Of a stretch of DNA of 64,000 nucleotides, positions 1 through 13,500 are shown piece after piece (positions within the stretch are counted from its first letter, which is position 1; each line of letters begins with the position of its first letter). The notes beneath the pieces were generated by a model. It did not search any database and was not told where the DNA came from. It worked only from the letters and a program-made list of their open reading frames with translations. The DNA is from Neoconidiobolus thromboides FSU 785 (Eukaryota; Fungi; Entomophthoromycota): contig MU626373.1 of the NCBI GenBank assembly GCA_025603075.1, positions 2,481-66,480 of the forward strand, read 5' to 3'. Both the position numbers and the translations under genes were made by a program.

Positions 1-3000
1 AAGCTTCTCACCTTTATATTTACACTAAAACCCGAAACTTTAGTTCGGTTTATATTAATATGAAATTAATCTGCATAAAAAAAATTAACACTGAAATTCA
101 TTTAATAAAAATGGCTTAAAGTTTACACTACTCTAATTTTCAATACTCAATTTCCGCCTAGTAATTAGGCTATATTTCATCAGACCAAGAAAGTAGAAAG
201 ACAAAAATTTTAGGATATCTAATTTGGTTTCCATAACTTTAATTTGATAGAGTGGTATAAACTGCTACTAATATATTTATATTATTAATTTAGAAAGCGA
301 TGGAGGTAAAAAGTAGTATTAAATATATAAAATGTGGGATAGTAAAATGTTGATTATAATTACTGCCAGATGCTAGATTGTTTACATTGAACTTTATTTT
401 TTCTATAAACAGTAACGCCTTAAAATACTTTAATTACTCATTACATGAACATAAGGGAAAAAACTATATAACATCAAGTTGAAATAATCCTTTCAAACAA
501 TTGATTATTATAAGTTATTGAGGGCATATCATAATTAGTAATATATAAGTATAAAACAAAAATCTCACTTTTTAGAAATATAAGAGATGATCAATTATTA
601 AACTATTATTTATAAAGTATATAAAATGATACACTTGTGTTCATTCAAAAGAAAAGGTAATCGGATTTTAATATTTATTCAACAGAAAAACTACTAAACC
701 CAAACTATGAATAAATAAAACTTTTGTGGTTTACAGTTTAATTTTAGTAGCGTGAACTATAAAAAGATTTATATCAGTAGAAAAATATAGCATTTAATAA
801 ATCGAGACTAAAACATACTATCACTTTGATTTACTTTATTTTCGCTTTATTGTATTGCTATACTACATCATACGATCATTTAAATTGAGGTAAACAAAAT
901 AAAGCCTTATTTTATAAAAGCGAATTTCTATTATCTGCTTAGATTGCTAATATACTATCAAAAGGTAGGTTTCTAAAACTGAATTTGTTTGAGACAAAAA
1001 TGCTGAGATGGTCTTTTAAGAAGTAGCATAAATGTCTTATTACGACATACACCAGCTGATTTGGCCACAAGTTTCTTTATTTTAGGATAGTAGTTGCTAT
1101 AGGGTTTTTAATCGATTTCCTTCAAGATAGTTAAGGTACAATTTAACAAAATTAGTAAACTTGCTTATAAATATACCCCAATACCGTTGTTAAGCTAATT
1201 GAAATCATAACACTATTTTTTTGTTAAATTACGATTTATAGCCAAAAAATAATTTTTAATAAATATTGAAAGATTAAATGACATTTAACATGTCTATTTC
1301 TACAAAATCCCTTACAGCGTTATGGTTTAAAGGGGTAGTTTATTAAAAAAGAATAAAATTGAAATTTAGATGGATCATTTTGTTTAAGGGCGTAATAGAC
1401 GAAACAGGATTTCAATATCACTTAGCATCAACCATAGTTATTTCAATATTTTATAATATATTAGTCAATTAATTCATTAAGATCATCTTATATTAATGAT
1501 GACATTAAATTTAGCGATATAATCAGCTGCTTTAGTTTACGATTACATTAAGAATAAGTACGACTTTGAATTTGAAAAACTGGAAAAAGGTTTATTACTA
1601 CATATCAGTTATGGTATTAGGGAAAATGATGTTTGCATTTTGTTAGCATGCTAACAGATTTAAATACATTTAAGACTAGCATCTATATTATACTATAAGA
1701 GGGAAAGTAATAAATATTAAGTGACTATAATCATTAGAGTTTCTATTTTGATGTATTTTGAGGTTAGCAGCCCATCAATTTTTGTAAAATGTGCTATGAG
1801 ATAATCAAATTTGTAATTTTATATAAAAATCAAGCTTGATATATTTAAAAAGAGGATCAATAAATTTACTTCCATTAGTAGTTTTTCGCAAACTATTAAA
1901 ACTACTTTTACGAATCTTAAGGTTATTGAAGGCCAATATTATAAACTAAGCTACTTGTAGTATCTGTTCATCCTTGGAGTTTACTATAATTTCGAAAATT
2001 AATTAAAATTATTCTTATAAACTAAATTCAATTTATTAGCTAATAATCAAATTAAAAATATTCTTTAGCACTCATAGAATATAATATGAAGGGATAATTA
2101 GAAATTATTAGTGTACAGCATATAAGTAAGGAATATGGTTTAGGGGGATATAGCAATTTTGTCAAGAAACTAAAGAACATTGCCGTCATTTATATTAAAA
2201 ATAAATTTAATACTCATTCCTATTTTAAAGCCATAAATAAAATATATTATAAGTTTTCTTTAAAGTGGTTTGGTGGTGTTGAATGGTTTTTTAAGCATTT
2301 TGTCAAATTTCTAGTTAAATTGTCAATTATGCAAAGTCTGAGTCATACAAGTAGACAGGAATGCCAAAATAAGAACAATTTGATAAAGTATTTGAAATTT
2401 GAGCCTTTAAGGAATTATGCGGGGTCACGCTGTACGAAATTTTACTTAATTAAGGAAATGTACTTAATTTTGAGAATAATATTAAGGAGAAGTTACCAAC
2501 ACTATGTAAATTTGTGTATTTTAATATCAAATAAGTAGTCGTATATTCCTATTGTATATTGGTATTCTTCAATAAAATTTCGCCCAAGTCAATATATTAA
2601 ATTAGGGGAGTGAATTCAAAAACGGCTTAAACCATTTTTATTACTACGATAAAATATGCACTTAATATTATTATATTTTCAATTCATTTAATTAAGGATA
2701 TCTATTTTAATAATAAATTATAACTGATACTATATCTTGATTATCTGTGTTCTCGTTTGATATGAAATTAATAATACTCACATTTACACTAGACATCCTT
2801 CGTATATTATTCATTTCATTGAGGGTATTTTATAAACCTTGAACATTACCAAGCCTAATGAATGTAAACAAAGGATAATTATTTGCTTATTTTAGTTAAA
2901 AGGTTTTAAGAATTTTATATAAATTTTATAATGTTACCTGCAAATATTCAAAGGTACGAATAAATAAACAGTATATTTTGGAAACAAACCGGAATTAAGC

Positions 3001-3088
3001 TCATTTTTTAAAATTAGTAAAGGTATCCAGCCTAGAACAAAATACTAAATGTTGGTTGGTTTAAAAAAGAATCCCTTATCCTTTAAAT

Positions 3089-3175
3089 AGCCAATAATAT
3101 TATTATAATTTTGAAACATTAATATCCACTGTTAATGATTGGGAGAATTATAAGCAATTTTTAAAATGATTGGCT
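3089..3175. promoter_or_regulatory. Cluster of three CCAAT boxes upstream of the bHLH gene
   Basis: AGCCAAT at 3089-3095, ATTGG at 3138-3142 and ATTGGC at 3169-3174, about 340-420 bp upstream of ATG 3510. They match the Hap2/3/5 (NF-Y) core. Function is inferred only. Confidence 0.35.
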
Positions 3176-3509
3176 TAACTAAGGATAAAAGCCTACTCAT
3201 CTTAAGGATAGTAATATTTTGTTGAGTCCTATTATTCATATTAAGCTATAAAAAGGTGCTTTAGTCGCCTGACCAGCAATATTTTTAAAACCAAAAAATT
3301 CGATTTTCATTCCTTAATTAAATTGAATATTCTTTGAAACAATATAATATATTCATTAACCTTCTGCAATTTTAGAATATCCATTGTCTTTTCATATATT
3401 GTTTGACTTTTTTCATTTGAGTGCTATAGTGTACTTATTTACTTTTTAATACATAATTTATTTTTTTGGGTAGAACCCTTTCTGTTAACAGCTTTAATAA
3501 TAATCAAAA

Positions 3510-4712
3510 ATGAATCATAATTTCCCTAACGGACGTAGTATGTCAGGAGATAACATAAATGCACCAAATGATCCTAATTTCTACAACTATGGTAATTTTC
3601 CACCATACATGCAACAAGGTCAGCAAGCAATGGGACCACAAGTTGCAGGTAATGGACAAGCAATCCCACACCATTATCAGCAACACCACCAACAACACCA
3701 TCCTCATCATCAAAGACGTTTGTCACTACACTCTGGATCTATGCCTAATATGGTAGCTCCTTTTTCCAACTCATTAAAGAATGAACCCATGTTTGATAAC
3801 CATGGTCCAGATGGTGATGGTATTGGAGTTACAACATCTTCTATGGTTGCTCCTATAAATATTAATCGTCATCGCCCACCCCGTTTTAATAACTGGGACG
3901 ACCCAAATTTGTACGGAATTCGAGAACCATCATTGAATAATTCACCACACAACATTATATCCCCTATTTCAGAAGATTTTAATTATGATTCTAATGAAAG
4001 CGACCCTTCTTTGTCCGCGAGTTTCGGTGCAAACTCCCATCCCCACGCCCATCCCCTTTCAAATCCAAGAATGGTAAATCGACATCATGCAAATAGCTTC
4101 AGCAATGATAATATAGATCAATACATCAATTTTGCATCAAATCCTCCCAACCAAGGACATTATTCTATGTCTTTACCAAATCAAGCTTCTCAAAACTCTG
4201 GGTGGTATAATCATGGAGTAAATCCAGATGGGCCACACTCAACTTCAAGATCTGCTAGAGGCTCAGTTGGGCTAGACCCCGATCATCTCGCGAAACAGTA
4301 AGTTGATTTTAGTTATTTGTATTCGGTATCTAAATTTTAATTAGTGACATAATAATGATGGAAAAACGTCGTCGCCGCAGAGAATCTCATAATGCTGGTA
4401 ATTATAATCAAAAATTTAAAAAAAATAGTTGCTCATTTATTTTTTGTAGTTGAAAGACGTCGTCGTGATAACATCAATGAGAAAATTCAAGAGCTTAGTA
4501 CTCTTCTCCCAAGCTCTTTAATTGATAATTCCAAGAGTAACAAAGGACAAATTTTACGTAAATCAGTGGACTACATTCGCCAGCTTCAAACTCTTATTAG
4601 CCAAAAGCAAGCTGAAGGGGAATTTACTGATTTGGACCTTTTACCTAAAGTTCAAGGTTTAGGTAGTATTGATGAAGACGGTTACACCCAAAACCAAAGC
4701 CATTCACAATAA
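3510..4712 (+). CDS. bHLH(-ZIP) transcription factor, RTG3/MITF/TFE/USF-like
   Basis: Exons 3510-4297, 4345-4397, 4450-4712 (GT-AG introns of 47 and 52 nt). Splicing gives [33 protein letters not shown]...[17 protein letters not shown], a canonical basic-HLH, after an N/Q/H/P-rich low-complexity N-terminus. Confidence 0.9.
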
Positions 4713-5494
4713 GTTGTGTCTTTTACCATCAATATTCACGTCCAGCACTTGGCCCAACCATTTGATTTTTGAATATAATTTTATAAGTTTTGTATTGATC
4801 CATGCCTATAATTATTTGCCTTTAATATTAATACTCTGCAGATATTGCTAATTTTTGACCCCTATCTCCAACTGTTTAATTATCCCTTATTAAGCTTTCT
4901 ATACCTTGAATAAGATCTTTTTGTGTATAAAAAACCTTTACCTTTAAACATTTTAGCTTGTATTTTTTGATATTATTTTCTCACACAATAATATCTCCAC
5001 TTTTTCGGTTTTACAATAGTAATTAAAATTCCTTATTCTAAACGCACTTAGTAATGTAATGTGATTTCAGTTACTATGGCATTAATAAAAACTTTAAATT
5101 GAGCTGTATTTTGTGCTTTATTGGCTATTTTCTATAAGCGAAACTCTCCTTTATAGATTTATTAGGGATGAAGTACTAATACAAAAAAATTATTTTCCAA
5201 AAAAAAAAACTATTACTTTATATTCTAATTTATTCAGATATAAGAAATTCATTTTTTATTTATTGTATTTGTTTATACTTGTAGCAAATGTATTCCTTAG
5301 CTTAATATTAAATATAAAGTAATTTGAATCTGGCTTATAACCTGAATTTATAGAATAATTATTTACATTATTACTTGTAATTCATACTAAGCCTGATATT
5401 TACTTAAGATTTAAAATTAAGCCCAATGTTGTTAGTAATAGTTTTTCATTCAAGTACGCCATTTAAGCTGGGCCTTAACATAATAAATTAAATT

Positions 5495-6566
5495 TTAATT
5501 TATAAAATCTAATATTGCATTACCATTTTTAACCTTAAATTCTTGAACATTTAAATAGTCAAGTTTTATTAGCTTTTTAAATACTTCAATATTAATTGTA
5601 GAAGTTGAAGTGATAGTTACTAAGCTCCTAACAAGGGAGATAGGTATATTACTATAGCTCAGGAGCTCCTTAGTGATGGGGTCAAAAGCTTTGCAAACAA
5701 TTTGAAGAATATGGAGCCCTTGCTTAAAATATATTAGTCGAAAATATTTAAACCTAAATTCAAGACTGCTAACTTTTGGCCAATGTAGGGTCGTTAATTC
5801 AGTGTACTTGCGTAGCGAATATACTAAAACTATTATTCTATTAGGATTATTATGGTTAACTGTTTGATATACCAATATAGTATCGTTACCCCTCCCAAAT
5901 TTTTTATCAGTGCTTACATCGCTATTGGTTCATAAGACTATAGCCACTTTATATAATTTATCAGTTAGACTATGATAATATTTCTATTTTTAATAAGACT
6001 AGTTTCTTATAAAACAATTGTAAATACCATTTTTTTTAAAACTAAATTAAATTATTGATAATTATACTCTTTATAATAAAACATATGGGGATGTTTCTTT
6101 TGATTTTATCACTTTTTCCATTTTTCAAGTACTATTTGAGTAGGCTAATTAATAAAATTTTTAAACAAAAAAAGCAAGTTGAATACAAATGGTTATTTTT
6201 TATAGAGTAAAAAATTAATATCAATAATTATATTTCGCACTGAGTTTCTAAGTACATTTAAATAAATATTAGTTTTTTCTTAACTCAAATATAAGTAATA
6301 TTAATATACAAATAAATCAGTTGTTAATACTATAGTTAAATTTGTTTTTTAATTAATAAATTAATAACAAATATTTGTATAATCTTTCAAATTTTTAGCA
6401 AACTTTTACCCATTAGCTGCTGCAAAAAAATCAAGAGTCTTTATCATCTGTTCTGGTTCAAAGGGGACCCCTTTGAGTAAGGATAACTTCAATCATCGAA
6501 TACTCACATATTATTCTTACATTTGTCTTCTTTTTCTAATATCTGACTGTTCCATTTAAGCTTTCT
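5495..6566 (-). pseudogene. Possible degraded spliced gene remnant interrupted by a MITE
   Basis: A ~145-codon stop-free frame (5495 to ~5929) has no ATG. Two phase-compatible exon-like pieces (6566-6521 and 6470-6410, joined by a 50-nt GTAAG...AAG intron) read RKLKWNSQILEKEDKWVPFEPEQMIKTLDFFAAANG. No family recognised. Confidence 0.2.
6086..6173 (-). mobile_element. MITE family copy (far end degenerate)
   Basis: TA|TGGGGATGTTTCTTTTGATTTTATCACTTTTTCCA...AGTACTATTTGAG matches the family consensus in reverse orientation. Confidence 0.7.
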
Positions 6567-7046
6567 CTAAAAAACAAAATAATGTGACTAGGTATATTGT
6601 CAACGATATAACTAATCAAAAGATATATGCTAAGTTGTAGAATAAGCACAAAGAATCCTTGCTATTCTTAAAGCTTTGCTATAATATTAACATAAGAATA
6701 TAAATATGGGAATATCTTTTTGTTCTATCATTTAGTCCATTTTTTTATATAATGTTAAAGTTGCACGACTTTTTAACAAAGTTTAACAAAAAAGATATCA
6801 CCGCATATATTTATTAGTCTAAGCATGACAATCCATTAACTATCATAAAATAAATCTTACAATTTACTTATTTTTTCATGTAAACATATTTAAATAACAT
6901 TTCGAAATCAGAAAATAGTTAATTGCTTGTACTTAAATTTACTTACTATATCATAGGGTTTATAAATGACATATTGCGAATAATATCAATGGTAACTTAA
7001 AACTTATTGTTTATTATTTACTTTTTTCCATTTTTCTAAATTGTGA

Positions 7047-7617
7047 TTATAACTTTGGGTCTATTTTTTTACGATACTCTTCTTGCTTGCTTTCGATATC
7101 TGTCCAAAAGGCGTTGATGTCAACGAGATCAAATTTACGTGGACGAGGAAGATTATGGTCTGAGGGTAACTTGACGTTTGATTCATGAGTAATGCCTACG
7201 TATCTTCTTTCTCTGTTTTTGTCATCTTTTACTCGGTAATATTTTACAAACCCTGGTAGCAGAGCAAATAATGTGTGGTCTCTGCCCATACCGACCTAAA
7301 TTAAATTTAATAAATTTTCTTTCACTTTCTGCTAGAAAATTACGTTTTCTCCTGGGAACAATTTGGTACCTCTTTGGCGGAACAATATGTTACCTGCTTT
7401 AACTAATTGGCCTAAAGATTTGTTTAGATTTATTGATACTTTTAGTTCTTAAAAAATAAATACCATCAAATCTTTTTGCTCCTAATCTTCTACCAGCTGA
7501 ATCACGTCCATTTTTAGTCGAACCTCCTGATTTCTTAGTTGCATGTCGTACTTGATTTAATAAAAAGTTGTTTATATTATTAAATCCCTTGATTCCAGTA
7601 CTTATTAAATTGAGCAT
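7047..7617 (-). CDS. MRP7: Mitochondrial ribosomal protein bL27m
   Basis: Three exons splice to [81 protein letters not shown], the L27 signature. Confidence 0.93.
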
Positions 7618-8619
7618 TTTCTATTTTTTTATTAAGCCTTTTTTAATTTTAAATTTGATATTTTAATGTTCAAATATTATGGGAGTTTTTTGTTAGAACT
7701 TAAATTAAGGTCAATTTATGCAGCAAAAACCAAATAGCTGCAATTTAATAAATGGGGTAAAGTTGTAAATTTAATATATTTTGTATATAGAAGTAGTCGT
7801 ATAGAGGCAATCATTTAAGCTAGTTAGAAGTAGAGTATTCATTTTAATCTATATGGAATGATTTTATTGGCAATTTATTCATAATTTAAGATAATTATTA
7901 AATCCAAGTAGTTTTTAATATACTTCCATATGAGAAATGATAGGGATTTATATAATTTACTTTTTAACAGTTAATCTCAGTATACAGGCTATTGCAACTC
8001 TTTTGAGGGCCAACTAACTGCTCATTTAAGAGAGAAATTTATGTCATATTCAGTTAATTATAAGGACTAGGCTTTAAGAAATTGGTTGTAGAATAGTTTG
8101 GCTACAAAACCTACCATCATAAAAGTTGGAAAAGAGCTGTAATAGCTGTATAAAGTGCTGTTTAAAGTTTAAAGTTTAAAATCCTCATAGGTTTAATAAG
8201 GTTTGGATTATAAGAACATTGTAAAACCCCCTTGTAAATAAAAACTCAACTTAAGAATTAAATGAAATAATAAGTCTAGAGCGGAATTATAGCAATAATA
8301 ATCTACTACCAGCAAGTAATTTTAGTAATGATAATAAATCTCAAAGAGTTTTAAATTAAATTCGAAAATAGAATTAATTTTCAGTTAAGCCACAAATAAA
8401 ATAGAGCTTTGGGGTAAGCTTATAATTTCCAAATAAATGCAGCTAAAAGGAGCCGTGTTCTAACTATCAAATCAGAGCGGTCCAATAGATTAAGCATTTT
8501 AACTTGTATCCGCTAATTACGAGTTTAAGCTAAAAGTTTCAACTTAAAAGTGAGATGAATTCATTGCCATCTTTGATTAAATCAGTAAACAAAATTAAAC
8601 CCAAAGATGTCCAATCAAT

Positions 8620-9781
8620 ATGATCAAATGTGTGAATCCAACCAATAACAGCATAGTAGGGTAAGTTGAATTTTGAAATATTCAAAACGTTAAAAAAAAG
8701 AATAGACATAGATTTTGAATTGAATTGGGGTTAACTTTACAATTATTTAATATAATTCAACTTTAGAAGTTAGTTTATATAAAAAAGGATAATAGAAATA
8801 TTGATATGCATTCTTTACTTGAAGCTAAAGTGGTTGTTCTTGGAAGTCAAGGTACTCTTTTTTCATAATAAACTTATTTTTCCGCTTTCTAATTTTACAA
8901 TTATTATTTTCTTAGGAGTTGGTAAATCTTCTCTAGTTTTAAGATATGTTCAAAGAACTTTTTCACCTAATTGCCCTTCTACAATTGGTGCCGCATTTTC
9001 TATAACAAAGATGTATTTTTTATTGTTTTTAATTTTTTATGATATTTACATTTCAAAATTAGTGTGGTTGATGGTTGTAAAGTTCGTCTACAGATTTGGG
9101 ATACCGCTGGGCAAGAAAGATTTAGATCTATGGTAAATTATTCCCATTATTAAGTTTTCGCAATAACTCACTTCATTTAGGCGCCGATGTATTACCGCGG
9201 AGTATGTTTTGAAAAGTTGATAATTTATTTTTAATTAATCTTGAATCTAGGCTACAGCTGCCATCTTGGTATATGATATAACTTCAGAGGAAAGTTTTAA
9301 TGATATGAATAGATGGTTAGATGGTAAATAATATGTTATTGTTTAGTTATTTTTTATAATTTCAATAGAACTTAAAAGAAACATGTCGGAAGATCTTAGT
9401 AAGTTTCATTATAAGCTTTAATGAATATAGTTAATCATTGTTAGTCATTCATATCGTGGGCAATAAAATGGATTTAGCAGAAGAAGGGCGTGAAGTATCG
9501 CTTTCAAAAGTGTATGATTATGTAAGGAATGAACTTCAAGCACAATATAAGATACATGAAGTTTCAGCAAAAGAGGATCAAGGTAAATTAAATGTGTTAA
9601 GCTTATTGAACGCTATCTAATTTGACTTTTAGGCGTAGATAAGTTGTTTTTAGAATTAACTCAAGAATTAGTTGAACATAAAAATAGGATTGAAAGTAAT
9701 CAACAAGCCAAAGCAAGTGGAAAAATTAATGTTAATCCAAGTACACAATCTCAAACCACAACCAACTCTTGTTGCATTTAA
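8620..9781 (+). CDS. Rab5-family small GTPase (Vps21/Ypt5-like)
   Basis: Eight exons. Motifs [42 protein letters not shown], EVSAK, and a C-terminal SCCI prenylation motif. The start is either ATG 8620 or the in-frame ATG 8806. Confidence 0.9.
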
Positions 9782-10574
9782 TTTATATTAATTTAATTTA
9801 TTTATTATTAATTGCAAACCAGTCTTATCTTTTATAAATGTGTTAGTTTTTTATAGGAAGGTCTCTTTCATTCCCTAGAGCTAACTAAATAATGTTGGTA
9901 ACGTCAAGGTTCTCACTTTTCTTAGAAGATATCAGCCCTATTATTTTTTGCACGTTATTGTTTAAAATTTATTTTTAATATTGAAGTTACATTTCTATTT
10001 CATAATTTCATTCTAAAGCTTGATTTAATTTCCAAAAGCTGGTCCTTTTTACATTAAATAGTCTAATTTTTAATTATTGTTTATTACTATTTTGATATAG
10101 CCATTAGTAAATGAGTATATTATAGTTTGATTTGTAAAAACTAATAAAAAATAAATTTATAGAGCTTACTTTTGTATATTATTTTATTTCATAACATTAC
10201 AAAACTACTAGTATTCAATTAAACATGAAACATAAATGCTAGTTATTCTTTAGTGACTTAAAGGTATTCATTCTTAAGAACAAAAGATTTCAATTTCATA
10301 ACCTATTCCAGTTTATCTTGGTAAGATTTCAATTTCATTTTTTATAAAAATGGAATCAAAATTTAAATGGTTTTTTTCTGACCTTATTTTTTCGCAATAA
10401 AGAAGCTAATTTTAGCACCCAATTAAATTCATTTTAGTTTTGCAAAATAAATCAAGCTGTATCTTTCTTTTCAAATAATCTATTCTAAAGAGTAATAATT
10501 AATAAAGTTAAAATCAATTGTATTAAAATGTGTATAAAAGTTTTAGAGTTGAACTTTAAAAAGTTAATTTGAAG

Positions 10575-13500
10575 ATGGAGAATAGAATTCAATTGATAAA
10601 GAAAAATTTACACGCTTGGATTGAGAAGCCTGGTAATCCATCATTTATTCATAATAGCTCATTGATTGATTATTAGAAATTAAACCAAACCTTGACTCCA
10701 ACTTTAAAAAGAATACTAGCTTTATAAAGAAATGCCGTGCTTCTTTAAATTCTGATAATTGCCAGTCCCTACTAAAAGATATAAATACTTTATCTTTGGA
10801 AAAGTATATCACTGAAGTTGTATCAGGAATTTCTGAAGGTATCCTTAAATGTAAAACAGGACCTAGTATTCAGGCAGCAGTAGAAGTAAATGAATATATT
10901 TCATATTGCACAAATTATTAACATTTCAGGTTATATCTGCATTACATCAACGTTTTCCAGATACATTTACCATAGAGCTTTTTGATGTTGTAAGAAAAAT
11001 GTTATCAGTAGCACCAACTAAAACAAGTTTATTAGTACAACCAAATCAAAATACAGTAGATAAAGAAAAAGAGGATGCTAGTAGAATATTAAAGCAAAGA
11101 ACAGTACTTAAAGTTATTACCGAAATTTGGCTTGTAGGGGTATTTTGGGGCATTGAAAATGGATTCAAAAAGTTTCCAGAGGCTAAAGAAGTAGCTAAAA
11201 AAATAATAGATAGCTTAGATGACTTGAAACAAGAGGCTGAATTAAAAGATCGCACTTTTTTTCTAGAAGGTCCAGTTTCTGGACCATGGAACACAGCGTT
11301 AAGAAATAACCATTTGGGTATAGTTTACCATAGCATTAAGACAATAGTAATTATTTGATTTTAATAAGATATAAAACGTTAATTTTAAAATTGTTAGCTT
11401 TCTACAGATAGAGACAAGTTTACCAATTTATCACTCGTAGTTTCCTTTTTAAAGTCATTCGGTTATGACGTATTGCGTATTTCACCAAGAAGTCAGGGCT
11501 CAGAAAATACAAAAGAAAATAAAGAGAATCCAAAATCAAATGAAGAACAAGAAAAGGAAGTAAAGTCTCCAGTCCCCAAGTCTCATATTATGATATCTAT
11601 TTTAACGAATGAACAAGTCGAAGCTTTTAGGGAGTTATTTACTTCTTATGCTAAAGAATTATCAAAGAATTTAGTTCGAGATCATAAGGTAATAAATAGG
11701 ATGATGTATAAATATATAATCTAAACAATTTAGGCAATAAAAAAAGAAGAGAGAATTAATCATGAGAGATCGATAGCTCGAGGAGAGGTTAATGATGAAG
11801 CTAAATTAAGATATGAAACTCATTTTAAAGCTTATGAAAAAAATTTACAAAATATGGAAGCGTAAGTTTTACTCGGCTATAAAGTAAACATTAACTTATT
11901 ATTAAAGAATGATGGACTATTTAAATATGGATATGCCAGAACTCCCTAATGATTCGGTTAACTCAGCCATATCTGGTGTTGTAGTTAATGAATTTGGATT
12001 CAATCGAGGCGAAGGTGAGAATGTACATGAAGGTGGACCATGGGAAGATGATGATGCTCGAACGTTTTATACAAAACTTTTGGATCTGAAATCGTTAGTT
12101 CCAGGAATTCTTCTTGGTATAGAGCCCTCAAATCCAGCTTCGGATGATAGAGTAGATGAGCAAGAAAAAGACGACGTAAAGGAAGATTTGAAAGAGTCTC
12201 TGAGTAATAAATCTGACGAAAATATAGCTGCTACGGAAACTATCCAAAATGAAAAAGCAGAAGAAGATCCAAATTTATCCTTTGAATTGGATGAAGATAA
12301 TTTGGAGGATACTAATGAAGAAAAGACTACAGCTTCTGCTCAAATGACTGCATTTTTAGTTGGGCTGCAGAACATGGGTAACAGAGATTTAATCGATCAA
12401 GCAGCAGTTGAATTTTGTTACATTAATAACAAGGCGTCTCGTAAAAGGCTTATTCGAAGTTTGATCCAAGTTCCTCAAAAAAGACTTGACTTGCTTTCTT
12501 ATTACTCTAGATTTATTGGCACATTGACCCCATATTTTCCAGATATTGGCAAGTCCATTGAAGCAGGGGTAATCTATTATTATAATTAATATAACTTAAC
12601 TAATAAAATAGCTTGAAAAAGAATTCAAATTTCTTTTGCACAAAAAAACATCAAATGTAGGTGATTCCAACTTATTGGAGCGAAGGGTTAAAAATATAAG
12701 ATATTTGGCTGAGCTTACTAAATTCAGCTTATTACCGGTTCATTTTGCTTTCTTTATATTAAAAAGTTTATTAGACAATTTCCTTCATCCAGGAAATATT
12801 GAAATTATAAGCAATTATTTAGAAGTATGTGGTAGATTTTTACTCAAAACACCTGATACAACCGAAAGAGCAGCTGCAATGGTATTATTTTTAATTTTTA
12901 AATGAACATACTAAACTATTAGATTGATATTATGATGAAGAAAAAAGCATCTTCTCACTTAAACGAACGTCTTGAGATGATGATTGAGAATGCCTTTTAC
13001 CAATGTAATCCTCCAGAACAAAGTGCTGTAGTTAAGAAAATATTATCACCAATGGAACAATTTATAAGGAGCTTACTACTAGTTGAATCTTCAAGGTTCC
13101 CTTTAGAAAAGCTTATTAAGATTGTCAGACGCTTACCATGGAATGACGAATCCATCTATAGCTTTATTTTTAAAACTGTATCAAAAATCCATAAAAATAA
13201 ATATTCTCACATCCAACCTATTGCTGCATTGATGGGCGCGCTTATTAAATACCAGCCTATTTTTGTAGAAGATGTTGTTGATCAAGTACTCGAAGACGTG
13301 ACTGTAGGATTAGAAGTAATTTACTTATTTTATGTAGATGAAATATTTAACAATTTTCAAGGAAAATAATTACAAATTTAATCAAAAGCGTATTTCCCAA
13401 GTAAAATTTATAGCCGAGCTTTTTAATTATAGAGTTGTCGGACCATCTGTAATATTCAACTTATTGCTCTTAATTGTCTCCTTTGGTTATCGTAAGTTTA

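Noticed and set aside
2320-2538. 72-aa ORF starting at TTG
   Set aside because: No ATG start, no recognisable motif, and no supporting splice structure; this length is expected by chance.
7981-8420. Frame whose TAA/TAG stops read plausibly as Gln, suggesting RIP-like C-to-T decay or a ciliate-type code
   Set aside because: Stop density is similar in another frame I checked and about what this AT content predicts. Real genes here end in TAA/TAG, and hand counts of TpA/ApT did not separate intergenic from coding DNA. A genome-wide RIP index would be needed.
11046-11294. Antisense or alternate-frame ORFs inside UPF2, the ATPase, ValRS, the CDF transporter, DOP1 and DUF4436 paralog 2
   Set aside because: Shadow ORFs of genuine coding exons, mostly with non-ATG starts and no motifs.
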